Source: Spirochaetia bacterium (GTDB lineage: Bacteria; Spirochaetota; Spirochaetia; UBA9216). From it: DNA of 64,000 nucleotides. The stretch lies in assembly GCA_963675665.1 (NCBI GenBank), contig OY776510.1, positions 4,704,001-4,768,000 on the forward strand, given 5' to 3'. This document shows, in pieces, positions 1 through 9,913 of this stretch. How positions within the stretch are numbered: the stretch's first letter is position 1; each line of letters starts with the position of its first letter. The notes under the pieces are model-generated. The model was not told the origin of the DNA. It was given only the letters and a program-made list of their open reading frames with translations, and did no database searches. Both the position numbers and the translations under genes were made by a program.

Positions 1-130
1 CAATAATGCTGATTACATCAAACGCAACAACCCGGTCCAGAACCGAAGGCCCTTTTATAAACCTTATTAACGCGATAAAAATACTCAACAGAGAAATAAT
101 CGCCGCGATAAGAATAATTTTGTCAGCCAA
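1..130 (-). CDS. mnhF: Na+/H+ antiporter subunit F (5' part only; runs off window)
   Basis: Manual translation from TTG at 130: MADKIILIAAIISLLSIFIALIRFIKGPSVLDRVVAFDVISII, with the MrpF 'GP..DRvvA.D' motif; overlaps the mnhE stop. Confidence 0.85.
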   Translation of the reverse strand, partial: MADKIILIAAIISLLSIFIALIRFIKGPSVLDRVVAFDVISII

Positions 131-614
131 AGAGCACCTCCAGATATCTTTCAAATTTCCGGACTATCTTTTCGGTTGCCCCGTCTATATCAACGGACGA
201 TGCGTCAATCCAGTGAATATACAGCGTATCGTCCCTGATATCTGTGGTGAGTGTTCCGGGAGTAAGGGTAATTGAGTTGGCAAGAGCAAGCCTGCCCAGG
301 CGGGACTTCAACCCGGTTTTGACCTCGACAATGGCGGGGTTTATCCTGACCTTTGGAGAAACAACCCTGGACATTACATCGATATTGGATTTTACAAGTT
401 CTATAAAAAAAACGACTAACCATGCAATGAGCGCAAAAAATGCCTTCGGGGTCAGTCGAACTTCTTTAAAAATACCTGAACCGATATAAAAGAGAGATGT
501 TATCACTGTTATTATAATACCGGTAATAACAACTTCCTGACTCAACGTCCCGTTGAGGCCAAGCCAGATAAGCAGCCCCGGAACGAGAGCAATGAAAGCG
601 GCTTTGAATTTCAC
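123..614 (-). CDS. mnhE: Na+/H+ antiporter subunit E
   Basis: MrpE motif ANSITLTPGTLT...LYIHWID; SD GGAGG upstream. Confidence 0.92.
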   Translation of the reverse strand: MKFKAAFIALVPGLLIWLGLNGTLSQEVVITGIIITVITSLFYIGSGIFKEVRLTPKAFFALIAWLVVFFIELVKSNIDVMSRVVSPKVRINPAIVEVKTGLKSRLGRLALANSITLTPGTLTTDIRDDTLYIHWIDASSVDIDGATEKIVRKFERYLEVLFG

Positions 615-813
615 CTCGATCCTCCGTTTATTAACTGATACAATAAATCTTAGTCAATCAATTCTGCAAAATCAAATTTTATCGTCAGTATGTATCTATA
701 TATTATATTTTTACTCATGTTTATCTATATGTCAATATCTATATACTATTATCTTTATATAATTGATGTTTTATTTTTAATTCTAATACCGCCGCATTGT
801 TCCGCGCCTGAAT

Positions 814-846
814 AAAAAAAGCCCCTTTTAAAAAAAGGAGCTTTTT
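814..846 (-). terminator. Rho-independent terminator of the mgl/melA operon (possibly bidirectional)
   Basis: Minus strand AAAAAGCTCCTTT...AAAGGGGCTTTTTTT hairpin with U-tract, 30 nt after the melA stop. Confidence 0.75.
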
Positions 847-876
847 CGGCTGTCGCAGAGTTCAGGCAGTCTTTAA

Positions 877-2256
877 TTATTTCAAATACGATATAAATTC
901 TCTATGAGCATCAAAAAGCTCATCAGTCATATCCCACATTTCATCAAGGTTCATAATCGAACTTGCGAGAGGATCCAGCATTACAGCATGATAAACATTC
1001 TCTCTTTTCCTCTGCAAAGCCGCTTCTATTGCCAGCATCTGCACATTTATATTGCTTCGATTATAAGCTGCAAGCTGTTCCGGCAAATTCCCGATATATG
1101 TAGGCTGTACTGCATTTTTATTTATCAGGCAGGGAACTTCAACACAGCAATTATACGGCAAATTCGGAATCAAGTTAGTGTTCAAGACATTCCCGTTAAT
1201 ATTACAATCAACACCGGTTTCTATTGAATGTATAATATAACCTGCATACTCCTGGCTTGTATCGACATACAACTCCCGGCCGCTTTCAATTTTTGTCTTT
1301 ATATCATCAAATTCCTCAATATTGATTTTACATCGCCTGATGTATTCATTAATCGGTATAGAGTATTTCTTAATCAGTTCTTCATCTTTGATAAAATACG
1401 GGCAATATTCAGCATTATGCTCACTGGATTCTGTGACAAAATAGCCGAGCCTGTACATCATTTCAAAACGAACTTTGTCTGTTAAAAAAGTCTCAGCAGC
1501 ACTATCCTTGAAATTCTCTCTGAACCAGGTATCACTGCCTTTATATGCATAGAGATGCTCCGGAACAAAATCAGGATCCTTGTCAATTTTCCGCTTAAGC
1601 TGATGCAGTTTTTGATAACAATTTTCTCCTTTATGCATTAAAGAAAGAAACCACGCCTGATGATTAATTCCGGCTACTTTTACCTGCAATTCTTCATACG
1701 GTATATTTAAGTAAAGAGCCAGCTGTTTTGTTGTTGTCTGAACACTATGACATAACCCCACATACTTCAATCCTTCATATTTTCTGAGCACATATCCGGA
1801 AAGAATTGCCATTGGATTTGTATAATTCAGCAAGACAGCATCAGGATTTATATCCTGCATGGCAGAACATATCTCATCAAGAACCGGGATGGTTCTCAGG
1901 CCCCTGAATACTCCACCTATACCCATAGTATCTGCAATAGTCTGTTTCAATCCGTATTTTTCGGGTATCTGAAAGTCTACCAAAGTAGATTTAAATCCGC
2001 CGACCTGAACCAGACAAATGATATAATCCGCACCTTTTACAGCTGTCCGAATACTGTTTGTCGTCTCTATGGATATCCCGCTGCTTTTTTGTTTTGCGAA
2101 CATCCGGGCTACTTTTTCTACCATACCCAAACGTACATTATCTATATCCATTAAGCAAAAAGTACTATCTTTCATTTCCGGAAAACTCATAATATCAATC
2201 ATCAGCTGTTTTGAGAAAACAACACTTCCGGCTCCAATTAAGGAAATTTTGGCCAT
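877..2256 (-). CDS. melA: GH4 NAD+-dependent alpha-galactosidase
   Basis: IGAGS Rossmann motif, QTIADTMGIGG, NYTNPM, GLCHSV, GINH, TESSEH signatures. Confidence 0.9.
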   Translation of the reverse strand: MAKISLIGAGSVVFSKQLMIDIMSFPEMKDSTFCLMDIDNVRLGMVEKVARMFAKQKSSGISIETTNSIRTAVKGADYIICLVQVGGFKSTLVDFQIPEKYGLKQTIADTMGIGGVFRGLRTIPVLDEICSAMQDINPDAVLLNYTNPMAILSGYVLRKYEGLKYVGLCHSVQTTTKQLALYLNIPYEELQVKVAGINHQAWFLSLMHKGENCYQKLHQLKRKIDKDPDFVPEHLYAYKGSDTWFRENFKDSAAETFLTDKVRFEMMYRLGYFVTESSEHNAEYCPYFIKDEELIKKYSIPINEYIRRCKINIEEFDDIKTKIESGRELYVDTSQEYAGYIIHSIETGVDCNINGNVLNTNLIPNLPYNCCVEVPCLINKNAVQPTYIGNLPEQLAAYNRSNINVQMLAIEAALQRKRENVYHAVMLDPLASSIMNLDEMWDMTDELFDAHREFISYLK

Positions 2257-2288
2257 TATTATTACCCCTTGTTATTCAATTGTATTTT

Positions 2289-3272
2289 TTATCGATAAAA
2301 TTCATATTTAAAGTCGACATTCCCAAATGCTGCAAATCCGGGCTTGACAGTCAATAAATGCGCTTCCTTTTTAAAACCCCTTGCATCCAGATTAGGTGCG
2401 TCAGTAGAACATGTCTGCTTTTCAACACAGAAGAAAGGCCGGCCTTTCGGCGTATACACCTGCATATGGGTAAAATCATCAGTTGAATCCATATAAACCC
2501 GCAATGCGATATTTTCGTAATCGATAAATACGCGCCTTTCCGGCAACATCCCTGTAAAACAATTATCCAAATCGAGATCACCTGCTGCTACCGGAGTTCT
2601 TAAATCAAACGGTTGATTCTCAACAGAAAGAAGTTTTCCTGTAGGCAACAGATCATCAGTCAGCTCCATCATATAATCCGCAGGAATACAAATTTTTGAT
2701 TTATCATCATTTCCCAACTTTGAAAAAAACGTATGATATGAGATACCATACGGTAGCTCTTCATCTCCCTGATTCAACAATTCATATCTGATGGAAAATC
2801 CCGCACTATTTAATTTATAAAAAACTTTCAACGTATGTTTGAACGGAAACCCTTCATATACCGGATGCTTTTCATCAACAACAAGCGACGTTTCAAGTTC
2901 AATTCCGTCATCCGATACTACCGGTTCATTACTGTTCCACACTTCATCATATACAAGTGAGTGCAGAAAGATTGGAATTCCATTTTTCTGTTGCCACCGT
3001 TTTTTTCCTTTAAACTCATACCTGCAGTTTCTTAGCCTGTTTGGTATGGGATAAAGAATCGGATTACCGGTATAATATGAAGTCAATGAGAACTGCGGAT
3101 CATAATGCACCACCTCATGTTCCCCAATCCTGAAACAATAAAGATTATTACCTAATTCCGGCGCAATTTTTATTGTTAAATCTTTTGTTCTGCTGTTTTT
3201 CGCTTTATATCCAAGAACCAGCGATGTGGTATTCTCGATTTTGTCAAACGTATGATAAAATTCTGTACGCAC
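2289..3272 (-). CDS. Aldose 1-epimerase (mutarotase) family protein
   Basis: PILYPIPNRL, LH, YHTFF, LDNCF, FFCVE motifs; GTG start with AGGAG SD. Confidence 0.85.
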   Translation of the reverse strand: MRTEFYHTFDKIENTTSLVLGYKAKNSRTKDLTIKIAPELGNNLYCFRIGEHEVVHYDPQFSLTSYYTGNPILYPIPNRLRNCRYEFKGKKRWQQKNGIPIFLHSLVYDEVWNSNEPVVSDDGIELETSLVVDEKHPVYEGFPFKHTLKVFYKLNSAGFSIRYELLNQGDEELPYGISYHTFFSKLGNDDKSKICIPADYMMELTDDLLPTGKLLSVENQPFDLRTPVAAGDLDLDNCFTGMLPERRVFIDYENIALRVYMDSTDDFTHMQVYTPKGRPFFCVEKQTCSTDAPNLDARGFKKEAHLLTVKPGFAAFGNVDFKYEFYR

Positions 3273-3301
3273 GATTATCTCCTGCTAAAAAAGTCGTTTA
3301 A

Positions 3302-4339
3302 TTATTTTTTTTGTACATATTTTTGTGCATCTATTGCTACAGCAAAAATGACGATTGCACCTTTGATGATATAGAGCATGTAGGGGCTGATGCTTATATA
3401 AACCAGTCCGTAATTTATAACCTGGAAGATAAGTACGCCGGTAACAATACCTGAAATAGACCCCACACCTCCCATCAGTGAAACACCGCCTACAACGCAG
3501 GCTGCTATGGCATCAAGTTCATACCCGTTACCCAGGTTATTCGTGGCGCTGCCGGTCCTTGCAGCTTCCAGCGCACCTGCAAATCCATACAGTAAACCGG
3601 CAATAAGATAGATTAAAATAATATTTTTATTGATATTTACACCTGAAACTTCAGCAGCCTCGCTGTTACCGCCAATTGCAAACATATTTCTGCCCAGTTT
3701 TGTTTTATTCCAGATAAACCAAACTAATGCCACTGTGATTGCTGCATATATAATAAGATAGGGAATCGTAAATATTCCCAGATCAATTCCCCCCTGGGCA
3801 AACCGGGAAAAGTTTTTATCCAAACCTCCGATTGGAGATGCTCCGCCGACCTCTTCAAAGTATGTTGAAGCTACGCCATAGAGGATCATCATCATTCCAA
3901 GGGTAGCAATAAACGGCGTTACATGAAATTTCGTAACAATAAAACCGCTGATTGTGGAAAATATCCCGCAGATCAAAACCACAAGTAAAATCGGAATTAT
4001 AATCGGCAATTCGGCAAATTGCGGAAAAATAATATTGGGGTTTGCTATATCCTGAAGAGCTGAAGCTGAAATGACGGCAGCAAGCCCAACCATTCTTCCG
4101 ATAGACAGATCACATCCCCCAAGAACAATTATTCCTCCGACTCCAAGAGCCAGAATGATCCTTGTTGAGGCCTGGGTAAGAATAAATTGAAAATTCTTTA
4201 ATGAAAGGAAAGTGCTGTCAACACAGGCTATAACAATAATTAATACTGCAAGAACTATGTAAATAGCATTATTAACCAGAGTTTTTTTTATATTTTCTTT
4301 TTGAAAACTATATCTTATCTTTTCGACAGCTGGTATCAC
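3302..4339 (-). CDS. mglC: Galactoside ABC transporter permease
   Basis: DLSIGR, GRNMFAIGGN.EAAEVSG, YELDAIAACVVGG motifs; operon context. Confidence 0.9.
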   Translation of the reverse strand: MIPAVEKIRYSFQKENIKKTLVNNAIYIVLAVLIIVIACVDSTFLSLKNFQFILTQASTRIILALGVGGIIVLGGCDLSIGRMVGLAAVISASALQDIANPNIIFPQFAELPIIIPILLVVLICGIFSTISGFIVTKFHVTPFIATLGMMMILYGVASTYFEEVGGASPIGGLDKNFSRFAQGGIDLGIFTIPYLIIYAAITVALVWFIWNKTKLGRNMFAIGGNSEAAEVSGVNINKNIILIYLIAGLLYGFAGALEAARTGSATNNLGNGYELDAIAACVVGGVSLMGGVGSISGIVTGVLIFQVINYGLVYISISPYMLYIIKGAIVIFAVAIDAQKYVQKK

Positions 4340-4354
4340 ATCAAATCTCCCATA

Positions 4355-5857
4355 TTATAAATATTTTCCGGATAACCTAAGGATTTCTTCCTGATTTGTA
4401 TCTTTTGCATTGACAATGCCGGATATTTTCCCGTTGCTCATAACCAATATTCGATCAGCTATCCCTAAAAGTTCCATCATCTCGGATGAAATCATTACTA
4501 TACCTTTTCCACGTTCCGCCAATTCTATTATCAACTGATATATTTCATACTTTGCGCCGACATCTATTCCTCTTGTCGGCTCATCAAGTAGAAGAATCTC
4601 CGGTTCGGTCAGCAACCATCTTCCCAGAATTACTTTCTGTTGATTGCCGCCTGAAAGATACCTAATCAATGTCTTCTGTGAAGGAGTTTTTACCTGCAAA
4701 GAGTTAATTACCCAATCAGTTTTTTCTTTCATCTTTTTTTCATTAAGAACACCGCCGTGTGAACTATAGGCATCAATATTGGCTATGGTTGCATTATCCC
4801 TCACATTAAGTCCTTCAAAAATACCGTTAAATTTTCGCTCTTCAGTCAGAAGGGCAAATCCGTTTTTAATGGACATGCGGCTGTTCCTGTTACGACAATC
4901 TTTCCCGTGCAGAGAGACCTTCCCGGAACGTCTTTTTCTAATCCCGAAGATTGTCTCAACCATCTCGGTTCGTTTCGAACCTTCCAATCCTGCAATACCC
5001 AGGATCTCTCCTTTTCTGAGATTGAAGGTGATATTATCAAGAAGAGGTTCATAAACTGCATTAAGCTGACTAACCTCAAGAAGAGGTTCTCCGGCAACAT
5101 TTGTTTTAGGCGGGAACAGATTTTTCAGTTCACGTCCAACCATCAGGGTTATAATCCTGTCCTTTGTTAAATCTTTCGCCGGGACGGTATCAATCCATTT
5201 CCCGTCGCGCATTACAGTAACTGTATCTGCAATACGTAAAATCTCATCCATCTTGTGAGAAATATATATAATTCCGCATTTTTTTCTTTTAAGTTTATCA
5301 ATAACACGAAATAAGTGATCAACCTCCTTCTCGGTCAACGAAGAAGTTGGCTCATCCATAACGATGATTTTGGCGTTCTGAGATGCTGCTTTTGCAATTT
5401 CAATCATTTGCCGTTCTGAAACCGACAGTCTCTCTACCTTTTCCAGGGGATCCATATCAATCTCAAAATCATCAAAAATCTGCCTTGTTTTTTTCAGCAT
5501 ATTTACTTCATCAATAGCAGGCCCCACACTGGGAAAACGTCCAAGCCAGATATTATCCATAACCCGAAGTTTGGGAACCTGATTCAACTCCTGATGAACC
5601 ATTGCAATACCAAATTCCAGCGCCTGTCTGGTATTAATACATTCAATTGGCGTCCCGTTCATAATAAAACTTCCCGAGTCAGCATGGTACATTCCAAACA
5701 GGCATTTCATCAGAGTTGATTTGCCGGCTCCATTTTCTCCGACAAGAGCATGTACTGTTCCCGATTCAAGGCACAGCTGCGCATCATCCAGGGCCTGCAC
5801 TCCGGGAAAAGCTTTAAAAACATGCGTCATTTCCAGTAGTGTTGAATTGTCAGTCAT
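4355..5857 (-). CDS. mglA: Galactoside ABC transporter ATPase (two NBDs); start reassigned to ATG 5857
   Basis: GENGAGKST, LSGGNQQK, DEPTRGIDVGAK; GGAG SD before 5857. Confidence 0.92.
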   Translation of the reverse strand: MTDNSTLLEMTHVFKAFPGVQALDDAQLCLESGTVHALVGENGAGKSTLMKCLFGMYHADSGSFIMNGTPIECINTRQALEFGIAMVHQELNQVPKLRVMDNIWLGRFPSVGPAIDEVNMLKKTRQIFDDFEIDMDPLEKVERLSVSERQMIEIAKAASQNAKIIVMDEPTSSLTEKEVDHLFRVIDKLKRKKCGIIYISHKMDEILRIADTVTVMRDGKWIDTVPAKDLTKDRIITLMVGRELKNLFPPKTNVAGEPLLEVSQLNAVYEPLLDNITFNLRKGEILGIAGLEGSKRTEMVETIFGIRKRRSGKVSLHGKDCRNRNSRMSIKNGFALLTEERKFNGIFEGLNVRDNATIANIDAYSSHGGVLNEKKMKEKTDWVINSLQVKTPSQKTLIRYLSGGNQQKVILGRWLLTEPEILLLDEPTRGIDVGAKYEIYQLIIELAERGKGIVMISSEMMELLGIADRILVMSNGKISGIVNAKDTNQEEILRLSGKYL

Positions 5858-5887
5858 TATTTTGTACTCCCCAACTTTATAGAAGTT

Positions 5888-5922
5888 AAACTGTGCACAG
5901 CAAACAGCGCTGCACACAGTTT
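5888..5922 (-). promoter_or_regulatory. Intercistronic stem-loop after mglB (mRNA-stabilising or attenuating)
   Basis: AAACTGTGTGCAGCG-ctgtt-TGCTGTGCACAGTTT pairs, with G-U pairs, on the minus strand. Confidence 0.55.
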
Positions 5923-5952
5923 TCATTTTTTAATTTGTTTTTCAGGGATTAA

Positions 5953-6996
5953 TCAGTCGCTATAAGCTTCTACCGCCAAATCAAGATTGTCTTTTGTGAT
6001 CTTAACACAACTTACTCTGACATCTTTATTCTTTCCGAATGTCCATTTTGTTCCGGCCAGAGGGTCCCTGCCGTTGGCAACATTCTGAACAAGATCAAAT
6101 GTTGCGACTCCAAGACTTTTAGGATCATTTAAAACTGTTCCCAGCATCTGGCCTTTTTTGATAAGCTCAACAGCTTCAGGGATACCGTCAACACCTACAA
6201 CCGGCATATATTTGTCGCCGCTGAAGTAGCCTGCGGCCTTTAATGCTTCTACAGCGCCTAAAGCCATGGCATCATTATTTGCAATAACAAACTCAATTTT
6301 GTCATCATACTTTGCCAGCCAGGTTTCCATTAGGTCCTTTCCTTTGGAGGAATCCCACATTCCTGTCTGAAGTTCAAGTTGTTCCACGGAAATACCGGCA
6401 GCTTCTACTGTTTCTATGGATGCTGTTGTTCTGACTTCGGCATCAGCATGTCCCGGTTCACCTTTGAGCATAACGTATTGAATTACGCCGTCGTTATTTT
6501 TATCAAGTTTGGGGTTACTCTTCCAGGCATCCACGATTAATTCGCCTTCCATGACGGCAAATTCCCTTGATGTAATACCTGCATACCAGCACTTATCATA
6601 ACTTTTCAGAACATCGGCGGCCGGTTCTTTGTTAAAGAAGATTATCGGTACGTCAGCTTTCCGGGCTTTCTCTACAACAGTTCCGGCAGCTGCAGGATCA
6701 ACCAGATTTATCGCAAGAGCTTTTACGCCTTTTACAATATATGTATCGATCTGATCATTCTGTTTTGACTGATCATTCATTGAATCAGCCAGTAACAAAT
6801 CAACTTTTCCCACTGCAGCTTTCTCAAAAGCTTTACGAACAAATGACATATAATTGTCATCAAACTTATAGATGGTCGCACCAATCTTGACTGTTCCACT
6901 GCCATCTGCGTCTTGTTGCCCGTTTGCATATAAACAAAAAGGCCCCAATACCAGAAGCATGACACAAATTACACAAAATACGTTTTTTTTCAACAT
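5953..6996 (-). CDS. mglB: Galactose/glucose-binding protein
   Basis: IYKFDDNYMS, INLVDP, Ca-loop DKNNDGVIQ, KGEPGHADA, NNDAMALGA. Confidence 0.92.
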   Translation of the reverse strand: MLKKNVFCVICVMLLVLGPFCLYANGQQDADGSGTVKIGATIYKFDDNYMSFVRKAFEKAAVGKVDLLLADSMNDQSKQNDQIDTYIVKGVKALAINLVDPAAAGTVVEKARKADVPIIFFNKEPAADVLKSYDKCWYAGITSREFAVMEGELIVDAWKSNPKLDKNNDGVIQYVMLKGEPGHADAEVRTTASIETVEAAGISVEQLELQTGMWDSSKGKDLMETWLAKYDDKIEFVIANNDAMALGAVEALKAAGYFSGDKYMPVVGVDGIPEAVELIKKGQMLGTVLNDPKSLGVATFDLVQNVANGRDPLAGTKWTFGKNKDVRVSCVKITKDNLDLAVEAYSD

Positions 6997-7041
6997 GTCC
7001 TCCTCTGTAATGCCGTATCTGCGGCATCCATCGATATTTAT

Positions 7042-7080
7042 TTTGCTAACTTTATTTATTCACCAAACAAAGTTAGCAAA
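7042..7080. promoter_or_regulatory. ROK (XylR-like) operator palindrome just downstream of the mglB promoter
   Basis: 12-bp inverted repeat TTTGCTAACTTT-N15-AAAGTTAGCAAA; core ACTTTATTT-N7-AAACAAAGT resembles Firmicute XylR operators. Confidence 0.7.
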
Positions 7081-7083
7081 ATA

Positions 7084-7112
7084 AATATAACATGATAGCA
7101 AAAATAACGCAA
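7084..7112 (-). promoter_or_regulatory. Sigma70-type promoter of mglB
   Basis: TTGCGT-N17-TATATT with extended -10 TG. Confidence 0.65.
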
Positions 7113-7179
7113 CTTATTTTATTTTATTAATATTTTATATGATTTTTAATCATCTTAGTTTATTCATAAAACAAAGACG

Positions 7180-8409
7180 TTAACCTGAAGTAATTTTGGG
7201 AACTACAAAAATATTACTTATCGCCATAGAGGCTGCGCCGAGTGCTCCGGAATCACCCTTCAGGGAAGAAAGAACAACAGACACATCCTTAAAACATTCA
7301 TCCATCGCAAACCTGCCTGCACTTTCCACCAAAGGCTTTAACAGAAAATTTCCGGCCAAAGCCATTTCTCCGCCTATCACAATCATCTGCGGATTAAGGA
7401 TATTTACGACATCCGCAATAGCAATACCTAAAAACCGACCGACTTCTTCAAGTGAAGAAAGGGCTACGACATCCTTTTCGGCAGCAGCCTGATTAATTAT
7501 TTCAATTGAAATTTTTGTGAGATCTCCATTTACCAGATCGATAATTCTTGTGTTGTATCCCATATTTATATTGGCTTTTATCTTTTTGATTAAACTTTTT
7601 ACTGAAGCGACAGTATCAAGACAACCGAATTTTCCACACACGCACCGCATTCCGTCATCTACAACCTTAATATGTCCGACCTCACCGGCCGCTTGTCCTC
7701 TTCCTTTATACAATTCTCCGTTCAATACTATTCCGCTTCCGATTCCTGTTCCGACATGCACAAAAACATAATCATCAATGCCTTTGGCTATCCCGAACCA
7801 TTTCTCACCCAAAGCTTTTGCACGGGCATCATTATCAATAGTTACCGGAAGATTGAATTTTTTAGATATTTTATCTGCGATAGGAACATTATGCCAATTG
7901 AAAGCAGGAGCATAAATCGATACTCCGGCTGTAGAATCTACTATGCCGTGCATTCCCACGCCAATACCGAAGAATCTATCGTCGGACAACCCGCTCTCCC
8001 TGATGGCTTTATCAATTGATTCAATTATTACCGATAAAACCGTGTCTTTCTCTATTGCCTCGACTAACGGAAGCGACACGGTATTTATGATCGTCCCTTC
8101 CAGATTAACTACTGCAGATATTACTTTTTCTTTTTGAACATCAACCCCTATACAGTTAAATGAATTTTCACTCAGTCCGATCAATATCGGTTTTCTTCCG
8201 CCGGATGATTCCCCGTCTCCAAGACATTTTATCAAACCTTCTTCTTCCAGCTGCCTTACATTACCTGAAACAGTTGCAGGATTTAGTCCCAGGATTCTTG
8301 CAACCTCTGCACGCGATACAGGACCGTATTCCCGAACAGTTTTTAAAATTAACGATCTGTTAATCTCTTTGATAAAAGCCTTATCGCCTGTTTTATAAGC
8401 CATTCCCAA
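7180..8409 (-). CDS. ROK-family transcriptional repressor
   Basis: N-terminal wHTH (SRAEVAR...ATVS), SSGGRKP, IDNDARA..GE, GEVGH, CxCGxxGC zinc motif. Confidence 0.92.
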   Translation of the reverse strand: MGMAYKTGDKAFIKEINRSLILKTVREYGPVSRAEVARILGLNPATVSGNVRQLEEEGLIKCLGDGESSGGRKPILIGLSENSFNCIGVDVQKEKVISAVVNLEGTIINTVSLPLVEAIEKDTVLSVIIESIDKAIRESGLSDDRFFGIGVGMHGIVDSTAGVSIYAPAFNWHNVPIADKISKKFNLPVTIDNDARAKALGEKWFGIAKGIDDYVFVHVGTGIGSGIVLNGELYKGRGQAAGEVGHIKVVDDGMRCVCGKFGCLDTVASVKSLIKKIKANINMGYNTRIIDLVNGDLTKISIEIINQAAAEKDVVALSSLEEVGRFLGIAIADVVNILNPQMIVIGGEMALAGNFLLKPLVESAGRFAMDECFKDVSVVLSSLKGDSGALGAASMAISNIFVVPKITSG

Positions 8410-8605
8410 ATAATCCTATGCTGTTTCTTTTATTGGTAAATAAAGACTCATGAAGATTACACCCGATTCAAAATAAATTCTACGGCTAAACTCTTTTAGT
8501 TTTAACTCCTGCACTCTCAATAAAATAAACTGTTTATCTCCGGAAAGCTTGATAAAATCCCTGCTTTTACTGATAATAAACCGTAAAAGACAGCAGGGAG
8601 GATTG

Positions 8606-9913
8606 ATGCTTTACATTGACGAAGGAGGAAAGGATCGTCTTCTTAACAATGAGGATCTTGTCCGCCTCACGAATTCAGCACTTCAAAAACTTGGAAACAG
8701 AAAAAAGGTACTTATACTCCCTCCGGATTACACAAGACTTCCCTCACGTTCAGGTATAATCACAAAAGCCGCCTGTGATTACTATCAGTCGGCAGTTAAA
8801 GACATAATGCCGACTATCGGAACGCATCAGCCTATGACGCCGGATGAAATATCCGGCATGTACGGGGATATCCCCCGAAGTCTCTTCCGTGTGCACAACT
8901 GGAGAGGCGATCTTGTCACCCTCGGACGGGTTCCGGCTGATTATATAAGGGAAATTTCAGGAAACCGGCTTGATTTCGACTTGCCGGCACAGGTTAACCG
9001 GATACTTTTAGACGGCGGCCATGATTTAATAATATCGATCGGACAGGTTGTTCCGCATGAAGTAGTCGGGATGGCTAATTACAATAAAAATATTTTCATC
9101 GGTATCGGGGGAACAGAAGGCATTCACAAAAGTCATTACCTCGGCGCAGTCTGCGGCATGGAGAATATAATGGGGCGAACGGACACGCCCGTCCGCCGGG
9201 TTTTGAACTATTCCTCGGAAAAATTCTCGTCAGGAATCCCCATACTCTACATTCAGACTGTTGTTGCTCCCGATGAAAACGGAAATCCTGTTGTTAAAGG
9301 TCTTTTTATTGGTGACGACGCTGAATGCTTCGAAAAAGCCGCCACGCTTTCTTCCCGGGTTAACATAACAATTCTTGAAAAGCGGCTGAAACGGATAGTA
9401 GTATATCTACCGCCGGAGAGCTATAAAAGCACATGGCTCGGCAACAAGGCAATTTACCGAAGCCGCATGGCTATTGAAAACGGCGGCGAACTGACGGTTA
9501 TTGCGCCGGGAATAAAACAGTTCGGAGAGGACCCGCAAATCGATCGGATTATCAGGAAATTCGGCTACCGTGGCACTGAAGAAATAATACGCAATGTCTC
9601 TGTGAACCCGGAGCTTGCAAATAATCTCGGCGCAGCAGCGCACCTGATTCACGGCTCGTCGGAAGGCAGATTTACAATTAAATATGCCGCCGGGGAAATG
9701 AGCCGAAAAGAAATCGAGTCTGTAGGTTACCAGTGGTGCGAACAGAATGAGGCCATGAATTTGTTCGATCCTGTCAATAAAAATACCGGCTTTCATAACG
9801 ACGCAAACGGTAGCGAATTTTACCTGATAAAGAATGCAGGAATAGGCTTGTGGTCTGCCGAAGGAATAAACTCATTACAGCCTCCGCTTCGCCCGGAGAA
9901 CGGCAATGAATAA
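8606..9913 (+). CDS. LarA/DUF2088-family nickel-pincer racemase/epimerase homologue (probably not lactate-specific)
   Basis: PPDYTR, GTH, HNW, VVPHEVVG..NYNK, WLGNK motifs; SD GGAGG before ATG 8606. Confidence 0.75.
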   Translation: MLYIDEGGKDRLLNNEDLVRLTNSALQKLGNRKKVLILPPDYTRLPSRSGIITKAACDYYQSAVKDIMPTIGTHQPMTPDEISGMYGDIPRSLFRVHNWRGDLVTLGRVPADYIREISGNRLDFDLPAQVNRILLDGGHDLIISIGQVVPHEVVGMANYNKNIFIGIGGTEGIHKSHYLGAVCGMENIMGRTDTPVRRVLNYSSEKFSSGIPILYIQTVVAPDENGNPVVKGLFIGDDAECFEKAATLSSRVNITILEKRLKRIVVYLPPESYKSTWLGNKAIYRSRMAIENGGELTVIAPGIKQFGEDPQIDRIIRKFGYRGTEEIIRNVSVNPELANNLGAAAHLIHGSSEGRFTIKYAAGEMSRKEIESVGYQWCEQNEAMNLFDPVNKNTGFHNDANGSEFYLIKNAGIGLWSAEGINSLQPPLRPENGNE

